Below are positions 1-10,904 of a stretch of 64,000 nucleotides of DNA, piece after piece. The notes under the pieces were generated by a model. It was not told the DNA's origin. It saw nothing but the letters and a program-made list of their open reading frames with translations, and did not search any database. The stretch is from a virus, in IMG/VR virus record IMGVR_UViG_3300021197_001350, positions 10,398 to 74,397 of that record; one strand, given 5' to 3'. Position numbers and translations under genes: made by a program. Position 1 is the stretch's first letter; every line of letters starts with the position of its first letter.

Positions 1-3000
1 ACTTGCTGAGTTTCCGTATTGCTGATTCTGCACGCCTTCTTCATTTATCATCAAGGGATTCTTTGCACTTGTAAACAAAGGAAGTATCATCCCTTCCGTA
101 AACATATTCTCATCAAGTATAGGAACCTGAATCGAGTCTGTAGTGGGTACAAGGTTTGAGTTTATTGCCTCATCAGACTCAACTAACCTTTTATTATATT
201 TCTTTGCTTCCTTTCTTAGGGCATTCTTATGCCTTTCGGAAAGACTTGTATCATAATATACTAGCCCACCTTGGTACTCTATTAAGTCCCTTACATCCAC
301 ATCATAGCGGTTCGCCGCATCTTGCCATGTGGGATTATTCTGACTGCTAGTCGGGATACCTGATTCAAGGTCAGCAACCTTATCCTCCGTCTGTAGTAAA
401 GTCTGAGATGATGGTATACTATTAACCTCTGCCGTAAAGGATGTGCCTGTCAGTGAGCGTTGAACATTTTCTACGCTAGCCTCAAGCAGTGTATTCATTT
501 GCTCACCCATATAACTTGCGTGGGCAGTAAACTCCTCGTGTGATACTTCCTCAAGATGCTTGCCTAGGGCTTCCGCACTTACCTCACCCGAGAACATATA
601 TGCCTTTAAAGATTCTGGGCTTGCGACTGACGCTGGCTCAACTTCACCACTAATCAACCCATTGCGGGTGATCCTTGTTTGTACAACACCAAGATCTGGG
701 TCACTATACAAGTCTGACTTGACCCTAAAGTAGGAAAGTTGCCCATCTTTTCCTTCAATGGCAATCATCCCCATAGGTTCTTTGTCGTTAGTTACAGTTG
801 CGTAATGCTTTACATTTGATATGTCCCTAATGATTACACCATTAGACACTAAATTTTCATGCGGAGCAGACACTACCCCAGGAAGATAGAACATTCTTCC
901 GATAGCTTTATTCTTCTTGTGGACAGGATAACCCCACCCGTCTTTACCTGTATTCTTGTGGTGAACATTCTGACTCAGGCTAGGCTCACCCGTAATCTCG
1001 TCATATACATAGCCCTCAGTAAACTCCTCTTCTAGTATTGAGCCTGATAGTAAGCTTGATGGAACTGGATATAACTCAGACTCATCTATGGTTGCCTCAC
1101 TAGAACTAATAACACTGGTTAAGTAGATCGGTGCTAGATTATTAAGACCCTCATTTGTCATAATCTCATCATCAAGTATGAGCTTAGCCTGAGATGAAGT
1201 TCCTGCCATAGAGAAGTTTTCAAAGTACGACTTTAAATACCTCTGCCTTAATGTAACCCGCAGTGCATCCTGAGACAGCCCCCTGTGAGCTTGCAACGAT
1301 TCAGACCAGCCAACCGCAGGTCGGGCAGTCAATGACAGGAATACACCATATTTAGTATCATCAGCCTCATTGCCTCCATCCTTCCCTGCATCGATAGATG
1401 AAAAATACTCTAGTTCATTATCAGATATATCTGGATCAAGTTGCCCCCCACCTATATCAGTCTTCTTTCCGCTTATTATTTGACTACTAGGAGCTGGCAG
1501 GTTAACGCCTATATTGTCATCGGTGACAGTAACACTTCTCCTATGCGACTGTGATGATCTTCCGTGAAAAATAAACCTTGGCTCATTTGTTTGGGCGTGC
1601 CTAAAGAACCCTACCTCTGTAGTTGGATTCTCTCCCTCAACCCCCTGAAATCCCAACATCCAATCACCATAAAAGTTTCTAAATGAAGGTGTCCTTACTA
1701 GCCTCCACATATCCTCATCAGCGGGACGCTTACCCTCTCCCTCCATTATCGCAATCATAGGATTCTTCACCTCACTTAAAGGGGGAGTTGGATTCTTCTG
1801 TGATCTAGGTTGAGAAAGCAAGTATCTCTTGTTTGGCAAAAGCCTCTCACCTAGATAGTCCTGCCCTTGGTCGGTTGTCTCCAAGTAGTGCATCGGCACT
1901 TCCTGCTCATCTATAATGGTAGTCTCTTCTATGTTTATAGACTGAGCTTCATTGAGAGTTTTTCTATTACTAACCGATGGCATTCTGGATATAATGCTAT
2001 TAACAGCAAAACCCTCTAATGTGTATAGTATCTTTTCTTCGGGCGTAATCGTTGGATCACTTAGGACTTTCATTACTGGATCAACCCTAACCCTGCTTCT
2101 CTTATTTAATGCACCAATCTCCAGCGTCTGCTTCATTAAAGCACCAGTTAATGCATGAATACTAGCCTTAGGTTGAACCACTCTACCCATTGCGTAACCA
2201 AGCCCGTCCCAAATTCTACCCTTAATCTTAAATCTTTTAGATAGGTTATTTGGAAGTGGTATAGTTTTTAGGTAAGCCTGGAACTGAGGATTGTTTCTGG
2301 CTTCAGATATAAACTCTCTTACATCAGTCAGGCCATACTGCATTGGGTCATTTGAGAATCTTTTAGCAGCCTCAAATAAAGATACCCAATCTGCTTTTGC
2401 CTGCCTTGCCTTGCCACCAAATTGAGCCTGAGCAATTCTTCCTGACATCTCAGCCTCTACAAAAACCGACTCAGTAATGTGATGGGTTAGCTCATGTCCA
2501 AGTATTTCCGCCAAGGCGTTCTTCTGTATCTCAAGATACCTTGACTTCTCAGTCTCATTTGTGGGGATCGCACTCGCTATCCCGAAGTCCTTAGATATAA
2601 ATATAACAGGTCTTGCTAGTCCAGCCGCATAGTGGTACTGAGCCACCTTGCCCTGAAACAATCTAGACATCGTACTCTTATTTAAGATGCGAATATCAGG
2701 TGCAATAAGACCTGTCTTATTCATATCCCTATATAAATTTGAGAGGGTATCATTCTCCGCAAATGCGGTTAACTCTGATACAGTTAATTCTTTATCACCG
2801 AACTCAGCCCAAAGGGAATCATTTAACCCTGCCCTTACTTCGGTTGTATATCTAGTCTCCTTGCCCGTGGTTTGATTATGTCTATTGACTACAATCGCAG
2901 TAGGTGAGGAGGGAGTTAGTTCTACATTCTTAAGGTCTCCCGTAACAGGATTAAGCAAGTCGGGTATCAAGTGAGGATCTCTTACTCTGGTTAAAGTTCC

Positions 3001-6000
3001 CGCCTTCTCGCCAGCAGTAAACTCTGGGCCTTTAAGCCATGAAAGAAATGGTGGCAAAGTTTCATTATCTCTAGCGATAAACTGCTCCATCTTAACTCTC
3101 AAGTATTTCTCCGAAAGATCTGCCGCTATCATGGGATCAAAGCCAGCTGCTTCAGCTACCGCTCTGTATATCTGATAGAATACCTCTCTGATTTTTCTTA
3201 TTACAGCCCGAATGGTTCCCTTCTTTATGTTAGTGTCGGCTAAGTTTTTAGCTACAGTTTCAACTAGCACCTCTTCGGCTGACTCAATTTCCCTAAGCTG
3301 ATCCAGGCTAAGCTTGCCCTCATCATACTTATTCCTAGCCCTCTCCATCCTTTTCTTGAGATGCTTATTCCCAAACTCCTTACTGGTCTCATGTATAGCA
3401 TTCAGTAAAGCCTGCCTGTCCATCTCTGGAAGGCTATCCAAAACGAAGTGGGTGGACTCATGGTATAGTGATAAAATATTTGTTCCGTCTGGTCTAAGGA
3501 GGTCATTCATTACCATCCTTATAATGGTGTCGGCTTCATTCGTTGATATCTCTGCATTGTTTGCATGGAGAAACCCATAAACACTCTCCATGTTTTTCTT
3601 AAACAACTGCACATCAACACCGCTCTTACTTAAAGCTTCAAGGAGTTGCGTAAAGTCTCTATCTAGTTCTATAGATTTTGATATCTCATGGTTGGTGTCA
3701 CTTATCCTACGCTTAACTTTTCCTTCTCTAGCTTCTGCTATTCTCTTGGCTCTATTGTTTACGCCATACGCCGACCGCTCGGAGGCAGGTAGGGGTGATG
3801 GCATCCAAGTTCCTTCACTTCTAAGTTCCTTCTCCGCCTGAATATAATCATTCTCTGTCACCTTTACTTCGGGTGACTCCTCGACCTCTTCTATAATCTC
3901 ATCTGATTGTATAGGTGTTGAGTCGGCTATGCTTTTATTCTGTGCATCAACAGCTGCTTCAGCTACTTTTATTAAATGCTCTGCGGGGCTAGAATTGTTT
4001 TGCGTAATTGAAATAAATACATCATCCCACATAAGGAAGTCCGATGGAAGTCGTGCATCAATTAGGGTATTTATTCTTGCAAGTATTGCATCCTTATCCG
4101 CCCCATTAAAAAGATTTGCCAAGTCCTCTGGAGACCTAGGCACATAATCTTTTCTTATGAGGGTAAGAAACCTGTCAAGCTGCCTCACTGTTAGATTGCG
4201 ATTTAATAGTACGCTAGCTATTTTTGGCACAGATTGAATGATCTCAGATCTTGGAGTATCCAGTTGGCTCTGCCTGGTTCCAGTTGAACCTGTCTTTATA
4301 GGCTCAACCCAATCCTTGTAGTCGGTTAAAGTCTTCCATGTTTTTTGCTCAGGATAACCATTGAGAGAGTCAATAGTTTTATCCTCACCCTTCATAAACT
4401 TCTCTAGTCTTATTACTGATATAGGCTTATAACCTGCATCAATAACATCCTGAAGTTTTGCGGGCTTGTTTGATCTTGATAGCTCAATATTATTTTTACT
4501 ATTAAGCATACCCAACACGCCAAGTGATCCTGCGGCAGATGAACCCTTCCTTGTGTCTGAGGTAAAATCTGAAAGGCCAGACATAACTATACTACCATCA
4601 GGGGACTCTAAGATTATAACACCTCTAGTCCTATACCTATCACCCTTCTTGCCTCCTAGGTTAGTAGTAGAGCCATTGCCTCCAGTGTCCCTATCTCTGA
4701 GAGTCGTGATTATGGATGAAGCATCTTGCCCAGCTACATCTATCTCCGTTCCCACTGTTGCCCACTGTGGGTTTTGTCCAGCCTTCGTTCGATATACTTG
4801 TATTGCTGAGTCTGATTTAGGTACAACGATTGAGTCTGGGTTCTTTACTACCTCACCCGCTGGATTAACAACCTTGATTCTCCTGCCTGTGTGATCAGTG
4901 ATATAAGTGCCATTAGCATCTTTCAGTATAAGAAAAGCTATTGGTCTACTTCCCTGACCATCATCAAAATCTTTCGAGTACCCAAGGGGCTTGTTAGTCT
5001 TAGCTCCGCCAAGCCTTATCCCGTAGTAATATTTCCGAAGTGTACTCTTCTCGTAGGAGTTTGTGTTAAACAAAACTCCCATTGACATAATTTCCCCATC
5101 GGCATTCAGTGGATTCTGTAGATTGCCTGCCTTGGTAGCCCTATCAAACTGCTCCTTATTCATTAGCCCCTGAACTCCGAGGGCGGCGGAAACAGGATTG
5201 GATGCATCAACTGAGCCAGATATAGCTATACCCTGACCGCCCCTAGTCTTTCCATCTAGGTCGGTATACTCTCTCTTGGTTACAGGGTAAAAGAATTGCC
5301 ATGTTTTTGTGGAGGTAACACCTTCAACCACTTCATGCTGAACACTAATAGGCTCCCTCCTAAAGTTATTGTATATCTCAAGCACCCTTATCCTGTGCAG
5401 CTGCTTATTAGAAGCACCGCTTCCAACCCTACGCCTCAGGTCTTGAAGTATATCATCAGCTACCTCTAGTACCCAACGCTCAGTTGTTGTCTCTACCTCA
5501 CTAAACTCTTCCTTAATAAGCTTCGTAAGCTCTTCGGGTGTTATGAATCCCTCATTAAAGTCCTGCGTTTTACTGCGGATGTCATCTACTATAGTCTTCT
5601 TCCTTGCATTATAATCTCTACCATCCTTTGACTTATAGCTCTTAATGGATCCAATGTCATCTATCTCTGTGACGCTATACTCATCCACCTGACCTGTTGG
5701 ACTACTGTGCTGTAACTTAGCACCCTTTCTTTTGGCTCCACCTCGTTGGGCTTTAACTACTTTCTTTTGCTTATCGCTATCCTGCTTCTTTATTGATGCA
5801 GTTTTTTGCGGTGAGTCTGGCTCATTGCCTAACAATCTATCTAGCTTTACTAGGGGATCAGATAGATCAATACCTTTGGCGTGATCAAGCTCCCTTTGTG
5901 CTGCACCCTGTAGTGCCTTTGCGTCCTTAAGTTTACTCTCTCTTGCTGCGAGTGGAGTGACAGATACTAACGCATCCTTGCCTGTCTTTTTGACCCTACC

Positions 6001-9000
6001 TTGTGAAGCCTGATCAACCTCAGCTTGAGCTACACGCACTGCCTCATTAGCTTTTTCTAAATCTTCTTGAGCCTTGGCAATTCTACGCTGATCAATCTTG
6101 GGGGCGGCCTTCTTCTTCTTAGGCTTAGGAGTGTCTTCTATATCCTCGTACTCGTCTTGATCTTCAGCTTGGGTAGTTGCTGGCTTTGGAGTACCTTTCT
6201 TAAAGTTCTCTATCTCCTGCTCGATACCCTTTAGCTTCTTCCTTTGCTCTTCTATCTTAACCCTGTGAGCCTTATACTTCTTAGAGTTTGCTGACTTAAA
6301 TTTACCGCCATTCTTTTGGGTTCTGCCTTCCGCTACAAGCTTGTTTAGTTTTGCCTTAGCAGCTTTCTTTTGATTAACTAAACTCTTAAGTTTTTTCGCG
6401 AGCTGATCCTTTGACTCTGTTGGTTTCTCAGGGTCTTTTTCAATTCCCTGCAACTCTTCTAGCAGTGATTCACTACCCTTTTGTGTTCTTCTTTTCGACC
6501 GAATAATTGGAGAAACAGATTCGGGTCGCTCCTTCTTTACTCTATCAGCAGCTAATTCTCTTGCACGCTTTTCTATAGCAGCGTCCTGATCTAGTTCAGT
6601 ATCAATCCCTATGTCTGCAACTTTTTGTTTAGTGATCGCTTCAAATCGCTTCTTTGCTTTTTCCGCTATTTGATCCCAGCTTAGCTTCTTAATCGCTCCT
6701 TCAAAGGATCGAGTGCCTGGATCGGGAAGTATACCAAGATCGTTATACCGATCATTGACTTCATTAAATATAGCCTTACCGTCCCATGCGCCATCAAGGT
6801 AGTAGCCAGACTGTAATCTATTTATGAGAACCTCTAGATCATATACCTGCTTTTGATCTTTCGTACTTAGCTTGGCGTATTCTTTTGTCTTTGTGTAAGA
6901 TATATTGCCTCCGCCATCCTCGATTAGAGTTCGAGTAAAATCAATGCCTTGACCTTCCACCTCATCTCTTGCCTGCCTATACTCTTCCTCGGTTGGCTCA
7001 GACTCTTTATCTTTAGCGATAGCTTCATCTAGGGAACTAAAGTCTGTCGTGGTCTTTGTTTGTTCTATCCCTATCTCTGCAGCACTTTCTGCGGTAACAG
7101 GAATATTCTCTATGCCCGCGAGGGTTGCTAGCTCATAGCGATGATTGCCATCCTTGATCTCATAGAAAGCTTCACCCGTAGCATCCTTTAAGGCTTTGTT
7201 GTGACTAACCTCAATGGGATTACTCTTCAGGAAACTTAGCAACTTTTGCTTGTTTTCTGGATCGGTAAGTAATCTCTGCAAGTCTTCAACTGTTCCAATC
7301 TCACCCTTTTGCACAGGGTATCCATTAGGATTCTTAAGCCCTATATATACAGCTAGATCAACAAGCTGACCCATCTCAGGTTTATTCGCACGGGATATCT
7401 GTGCATCCTCTTCAGCTATAGCTTTCTGGAAGCTGAAGGTCTGTACCACATCAGCACTCTCGGTACTCTCTGTTGGCTCAGTAACTTCTTCTTCTGTTAT
7501 TAAATTGGTCTCGGCATTGGGAAACTTTTCTAAAAGTTTTTCTACCTCAGCAAGCCTTGCGTTTGCATCGTAGTCAGGGTCAAGCCTTGCGTCACCTTGC
7601 GCAAGCATATCAGGCGGATTGGCTAGATCTTGTTCAATGCTATCACGCTCCCGCTCAAGAGCTTCCCTTTCTCTTTGCCTCTCCTGATTCCTTCTCTTTT
7701 CTTCAGCCTCAATAAAAGGCCCGAACTCGGCTGTAGCGGATTCAGTGCGAACATCTGCTTCAGCCTGTAGGTCAGCTTGACCTTGAGCAGAAGCCTGCTG
7801 AACCCTCATTAAATCTTCCGCAGTAGGCACACCAGTTATACTCTCAGTTGGTATAGTTACAACTGGCCCAGTCCTGCCAATGCCCGCTACTTCCCCAGAG
7901 AAATCGAAGTCTAGTATAGGCTCAATAGATGTACCCTCTCCTGTAGTCCTGACAACCCTACCTATTTGGGGCGTACCACTACTTCCAGTATAGCTAACAA
8001 TAGCACCTTGCTTAGATGTATCTATAGTTTGATCTGAATAGGATGATGTGCTTGAGCTTAAATCAGTTTGATCAGGTGCGGGAGGAGTAGACCCCTTACC
8101 TACAGCTGTAAGTCCACCACCTATGGAACCTGCAACTGCACCAATTATACTGGCATTAATTACCTTAGATTTTGTAAAGTCATCCCACTCTACATCCTCT
8201 CCTCTTTCCCATTTAGGAGCAGCCGTATTAATAAATTCCTGAAAACCTTCAGTGCTTCCTTCTAAGGCCATACCTATGCCAACCTTGCCTAGGGTTGAAT
8301 CCTTTGACCTCTGGACTTGCTTACCAAGCCAAGTTAAAGCTCCATCCTTAACAGCCTGAGATTCTCCCATTAAGTTGGCTCGCTTAAGGAATGAACGACC
8401 AACCCATGCGGGTAGTATTGAATCAGGTAATGCCGCTATACTTCCATACGCAAGTGCAGGTGCTTGAGCCTCTTCATGTGAAAAACCATCACCACGAAGT
8501 GTGTTGTATATCTCGCCACTATTTAAAGCCAGTGAGTTTAAAGTTGAAGCACCTATGCCGCCTCTCATTTTCCATAGCTGAGCTGCGTAGTCTTCAACAT
8601 CCATGATCTCGCCAGCCCGCTTTCTCCCCTCAAGGACAGCCTTGTGACCAACACCATATGTTGGATTCTTTCGAGTAACTTTCTGAGCCATAGACTTCCG
8701 CAAGTCTTGCCTCATCTTAGATGCCACGCCTTTCTTTACGGCTGCCTTACCTGAATAGATTGCTGCAGCTCCTGTTCCTGCTGTACCGCTACCAATAAAG
8801 TAAGCGGCTACACCCTCCACGAGGGATGGTATAGCTTGACCTAATATATTCGCAGAGTACTCGCGTAAAGCTCTACCACTTATCCCATTAGCTCTAAATA
8901 AATCTTCATACTTTCTTACTGATGCCCTGGGTGCATTTGTCTGCAGATCAACACCCCACTGGAATGCGGCCTCACCGCCTGGCAATCCTGTCATACCATA

Positions 9001-9375
9001 GCCACCAGACATTGAACCAACCATTCCTCGGGTTGCTTTATTGAGTCCACCACCGAACTCATCAAGCATACCACTGTCTTGACTTTGAAGATCGAGATCT
9101 AAATAGTCATCTCTAAACTCAGGGTTAACGGACTCTGCAACCAACGCACGCATCCCTGCGGATCCTTCGCTCGCCTGAGTATTTCGTAACTGATCGCCAA
9201 TGAATGCGGTTAGCTCACTATCTGACCGTGGATCATATGTTCCTTGCTCAGCAAGTTTAGCTCTATACTTTGCAACAAGCTCATTGGTTCCCGTCCTGCC
9301 GTCAAGCTTGCTAGGCAGATCATTCTGCCTAATCTCACTATATAGGCGGTTGATCTCGTCTGGAGACTGAGCCAT
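1..9375 (-). CDS. Giant virion/ejection polyvalent protein (>=3125 aa, 3' end outside window) with two zincin HExxH motifs and an ART-PolyVal-like domain
   Basis: ATG at 9375 overlaps the upstream TAA (TAATG) and begins MAQSPDEINRLY. All spot translations were stop-free down to base 1, and the track has no minus-strand ORF here, consistent with no stop in the window. Motifs: LYHESTHF (3448-3462), LGHELTHH (2482-2496) followed by YGLTDVREFISEARNNPQF, and WRLVRTPSFRNFYGDW...EPRFIFHG...GVFLS...PIYL...GVIIRD...VKS (about 1707-715). Confidence 0.9.
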   Translation of the reverse strand, partial: MAQSPDEINRLYSEIRQNDLPSKLDGRTGTNELVAKYRAKLAEQGTYDPRSDSELTAFIGDQLRNTQASEGSAGMRALVAESVNPEFRDDYLDLDLQSQDSGMLDEFGGGLNKATRGMVGSMSGGYGMTGLPGGEAAFQWGVDLQTNAPRASVRKYEDLFRANGISGRALREYSANILGQAIPSLVEGVAAYFIGSGTAGTGAAAIYSGKAAVKKGVASKMRQDLRKSMAQKVTRKNPTYGVGHKAVLEGRKRAGEIMDVEDYAAQLWKMRGGIGASTLNSLALNSGEIYNTLRGDGFSHEEAQAPALAYGSIAALPDSILPAWVGRSFLKRANLMGESQAVKDGALTWLGKQVQRSKDSTLGKVGIGMALEGSTEGFQEFINTAAPKWERGEDVEWDDFTKSKVINASIIGAVAGSIGGGLTAVGKGSTPPAPDQTDLSSSTSSYSDQTIDTSKQGAIVSYTGSSGTPQIGRVVRTTGEGTSIEPILDFDFSGEVAGIGRTGPVVTIPTESITGVPTAEDLMRVQQASAQGQADLQAEADVRTESATAEFGPFIEAEEKRRNQERQREREALERERDSIEQDLANPPDMLAQGDARLDPDYDANARLAEVEKLLEKFPNAETNLITEEEVTEPTESTESADVVQTFSFQKAIAEEDAQISRANKPEMGQLVDLAVYIGLKNPNGYPVQKGEIGTVEDLQRLLTDPENKQKLLSFLKSNPIEVSHNKALKDATGEAFYEIKDGNHRYELATLAGIENIPVTAESAAEIGIEQTKTTTDFSSLDEAIAKDKESEPTEEEYRQARDEVEGQGIDFTRTLIEDGGGNISYTKTKEYAKLSTKDQKQVYDLEVLINRLQSGYYLDGAWDGKAIFNEVNDRYNDLGILPDPGTRSFEGAIKKLSWDQIAEKAKKRFEAITKQKVADIGIDTELDQDAAIEKRARELAADRVKKERPESVSPIIRSKRRTQKGSESLLEELQGIEKDPEKPTESKDQLAKKLKSLVNQKKAAKAKLNKLVAEGRTQKNGGKFKSANSKKYKAHRVKIEEQRKKLKGIEQEIENFKKGTPKPATTQAEDQDEYEDIEDTPKPKKKKAAPKIDQRRIAKAQEDLEKANEAVRVAQAEVDQASQGRVKKTGKDALVSVTPLAARESKLKDAKALQGAAQRELDHAKGIDLSDPLVKLDRLLGNEPDSPQKTASIKKQDSDKQKKVVKAQRGGAKRKGAKLQHSSPTGQVDEYSVTEIDDIGSIKSYKSKDGRDYNARKKTIVDDIRSKTQDFNEGFITPEELTKLIKEEFSEVETTTERWVLEVADDILQDLRRRVGSGASNKQLHRIRVLEIYNNFRREPISVQHEVVEGVTSTKTWQFFYPVTKREYTDLDGKTRGGQGIAISGSVDASNPVSAALGVQGLMNKEQFDRATKAGNLQNPLNADGEIMSMGVLFNTNSYEKSTLRKYYYGIRLGGAKTNKPLGYSKDFDDGQGSRPIAFLILKDANGTYITDHTGRRIKVVNPAGEVVKNPDSIVVPKSDSAIQVYRTKAGQNPQWATVGTEIDVAGQDASSIITTLRDRDTGGNGSTTNLGGKKGDRYRTRGVIILESPDGSIVMSGLSDFTSDTRKGSSAAGSLGVLGMLNSKNNIELSRSNKPAKLQDVIDAGYKPISVIRLEKFMKGEDKTIDSLNGYPEQKTWKTLTDYKDWVEPIKTGSTGTRQSQLDTPRSEIIQSVPKIASVLLNRNLTVRQLDRFLTLIRKDYVPRSPEDLANLFNGADKDAILARINTLIDARLPSDFLMWDDVFISITQNNSSPAEHLIKVAEAAVDAQNKSIADSTPIQSDEIIEEVEESPEVKVTENDYIQAEKELRSEGTWMPSPLPASERSAYGVNNRAKRIAEAREGKVKRRISDTNHEISKSIELDRDFTQLLEALSKSGVDVQLFKKNMESVYGFLHANNAEISTNEADTIIRMVMNDLLRPDGTNILSLYHESTHFVLDSLPEMDRQALLNAIHETSKEFGNKHLKKRMERARNKYDEGKLSLDQLREIESAEEVLVETVAKNLADTNIKKGTIRAVIRKIREVFYQIYRAVAEAAGFDPMIAADLSEKYLRVKMEQFIARDNETLPPFLSWLKGPEFTAGEKAGTLTRVRDPHLIPDLLNPVTGDLKNVELTPSSPTAIVVNRHNQTTGKETRYTTEVRAGLNDSLWAEFGDKELTVSELTAFAENDTLSNLYRDMNKTGLIAPDIRILNKSTMSRLFQGKVAQYHYAAGLARPVIFISKDFGIASAIPTNETEKSRYLEIQKNALAEILGHELTHHITESVFVEAEMSGRIAQAQFGGKARQAKADWVSLFEAAKRFSNDPMQYGLTDVREFISEARNNPQFQAYLKTIPLPNNLSKRFKIKGRIWDGLGYAMGRVVQPKASIHALTGALMKQTLEIGALNKRSRVRVDPVMKVLSDPTITPEEKILYTLEGFAVNSIISRMPSVSNRKTLNEAQSINIEETTIIDEQEVPMHYLETTDQGQDYLGERLLPNKRYLLSQPRSQKNPTPPLSEVKNPMIAIMEGEGKRPADEDMWRLVRTPSFRNFYGDWMLGFQGVEGENPTTEVGFFRHAQTNEPRFIFHGRSSQSHRRSVTVTDDNIGVNLPAPSSQIISGKKTDIGGGQLDPDISDNELEYFSSIDAGKDGGNEADDTKYGVFLSLTARPAVGWSESLQAHRGLSQDALRVTLRQRYLKSYFENFSMAGTSSQAKLILDDEIMTNEGLNNLAPIYLTSVISSSEATIDESELYPVPSSLLSGSILEEEFTEGYVYDEITGEPSLSQNVHHKNTGKDGWGYPVHKKNKAIGRMFYLPGVVSAPHENLVSNGVIIRDISNVKHYATVTNDKEPMGMIAIEGKDGQLSYFRVKSDLYSDPDLGVVQTRITRNGLISGEVEPASVASPESLKAYMFSGEVSAEALGKHLEEVSHEEFTAHASYMGEQMNTLLEASVENVQRSLTGTSFTAEVNSIPSSQTLLQTEDKVADLESGIPTSSQNNPTWQDAANRYDVDVRDLIEYQGGLVYYDTSLSERHKNALRKEAKKYNKRLVESDEAINSNLVPTTDSIQVPILDENMFTEGMILPLFTSAKNPLMINEEGVQNQQYGNSAS

Positions 9376-10895
9376 TAGGGTGTTTGTTGAGATGCCTGTT
9401 GGGCTGCCGCTGCTGCTTCTTTATCTAGAATCGTCTGCACTTGCGGTCTAAGTGTGCCATCAGGGTCTCGTTGTGCAAGCATATTTTCTATATAGCTATT
9501 AAGGCTTGCGTAAGCACCTTTCGTACTTGCCTCCATAGCCTCCACATCATCGACAGTGCTAACATCCAGGAAGTTTCTAATGTTCATTCCTGTTCCATCT
9601 TTAGTAGGTGCAACAGCCTGCCAGAAGCTATCATACATACTGTCGCCTTGAGCATCATCCATTCTATCGACAAGTCCTGACATTGCACCTGCTTGCGACT
9701 CATTAAGCCTCTGCCTCAGCTCAAGCAAGTATCTCACTGCCTGCCCATCATCTGCTATGTTATCCGTTTGATCTAAAGCCATTTGAAATTCATTAGATCC
9801 ATCACCTTCATCAGGAGAAAAAGGATTACCAAATCCGACTGCACTATGCATATCTTCTATTCCAGAAAAAGCGTCACCTCCTACTTGGGTATCCTCGACA
9901 CCGCTTTCATATCTTGCAAGGGGAGCTATACCTGGCTTTAAGGAGGCAGGTATCCCCATTGCAGCATCCAAGGCATTCTTTTGTTGACCAGGTGTCGCAG
10001 GTGTAGGTGCATACATTTGCGGACGAGGTTGGGTTATCCCAGAGTAAGATGAGTAATCTATACCACCACCCTGAACACCTTTAAGTATTTGTGCTTCCCT
10101 TCCCTGTAGCTGCCTGAGTGTTCCATTGATTGAAAGTATTTGATTCTGGATCCGAGGATCCTGCAATGCCGACTGCTTCGTCTGGTTTACAAAATTTCTA
10201 TAATCGGTTATGTATTTCTCCGCCAAGTCAGTCGGTGCAGTATTCTTAAGCCAATTCATAAATGAACTAGTGCTTGCAGTAACACTACCCCGCTGCCCGC
10301 CTGGCATAGTAATATTCATACCGCTTGCGCTAAGCCTTGCAAGGAAAGCTTCATTCATCGATATGGTTCTCTCGCCAGCCTCCTTATCAAAGCCTTGACC
10401 TGGAGCCAAGGGTGTCTCAATAAGTAAACTGTTCTGTATATCAGCCAACTGCATACCTTTGGCTCGAATCTTTTCTCTAAGCTCTGGCAACTCACCTGCC
10501 ATTAATTCAGACTGACCTTGAAGGTATTCACGCTGAGCGTCCAAGTCTTCTTGAGCATAATTTCTTTGCTCCTCAAGATCTTCTTTCTTGTATGCTCTTT
10601 CCGCCTCAAGATCTTCTTTCTTGTATGCTCTTTGCGTCTCAAGATCTTCCAACTGGAATCCTCTTCGCATTTTAAGATCTTTCCTTGCTGCCCTACGCCT
10701 TGCCTCAAGTTCCATCGCAAGACGCTCGGTAGAAGCTTCGTTTCTCATACCCTGCTCAAACTGAAAATCTTCTCTACCCTGCTGCCTTTTTAACTCAGCC
10801 TGACCTTCGTTGTATCTCCTTTGCTCCTCAATCTGCTGCATAAGGAAAGGATCCATAGGCTTATTTATTAAAGGTCTTACATAATTAGCTGCCAT
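9375..10895 (-). CDS. Probable internal virion (ejection) protein, coiled-coil
   Basis: 506 aa, Q/E/R-rich helical N-terminus with 11-aa repeats; lies just upstream of the giant protein; GGAGG SD upstream. Confidence 0.6.
   Translation of the reverse strand: MAANYVRPLINKPMDPFLMQQIEEQRRYNEGQAELKRQQGREDFQFEQGMRNEASTERLAMELEARRRAARKDLKMRRGFQLEDLETQRAYKKEDLEAERAYKKEDLEEQRNYAQEDLDAQREYLQGQSELMAGELPELREKIRAKGMQLADIQNSLLIETPLAPGQGFDKEAGERTISMNEAFLARLSASGMNITMPGGQRGSVTASTSSFMNWLKNTAPTDLAEKYITDYRNFVNQTKQSALQDPRIQNQILSINGTLRQLQGREAQILKGVQGGGIDYSSYSGITQPRPQMYAPTPATPGQQKNALDAAMGIPASLKPGIAPLARYESGVEDTQVGGDAFSGIEDMHSAVGFGNPFSPDEGDGSNEFQMALDQTDNIADDGQAVRYLLELRQRLNESQAGAMSGLVDRMDDAQGDSMYDSFWQAVAPTKDGTGMNIRNFLDVSTVDDVEAMEASTKGAYASLNSYIENMLAQRDPDGTLRPQVQTILDKEAAAAAQQASQQTP
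10545..10655 (-). repeat. 33-bp coding tandem repeat (EDLExxRAYKK, about 4 degenerate units)
   Basis: ctcaagatcttctttcttgtatgctcttt occurs twice at 33-nt period; protein reads EDLETQRAYKK EDLEAERAYKK EDLEEQRNYAQ EDLDAQREY. Confidence 0.85.
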
Positions 10896-10904
10896 ATTTT
10901 CCTC

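Noticed and set aside
156-8606. Short plus-strand ORFs in the track
   Set aside because: They are antisense shadows of the giant minus-strand gene
1-9375. Virion RNA polymerase call for the giant protein
   Set aside because: No DxDGD or DxxGR motif was seen in the parts I translated; it cannot be excluded for untranslated parts or beyond the window
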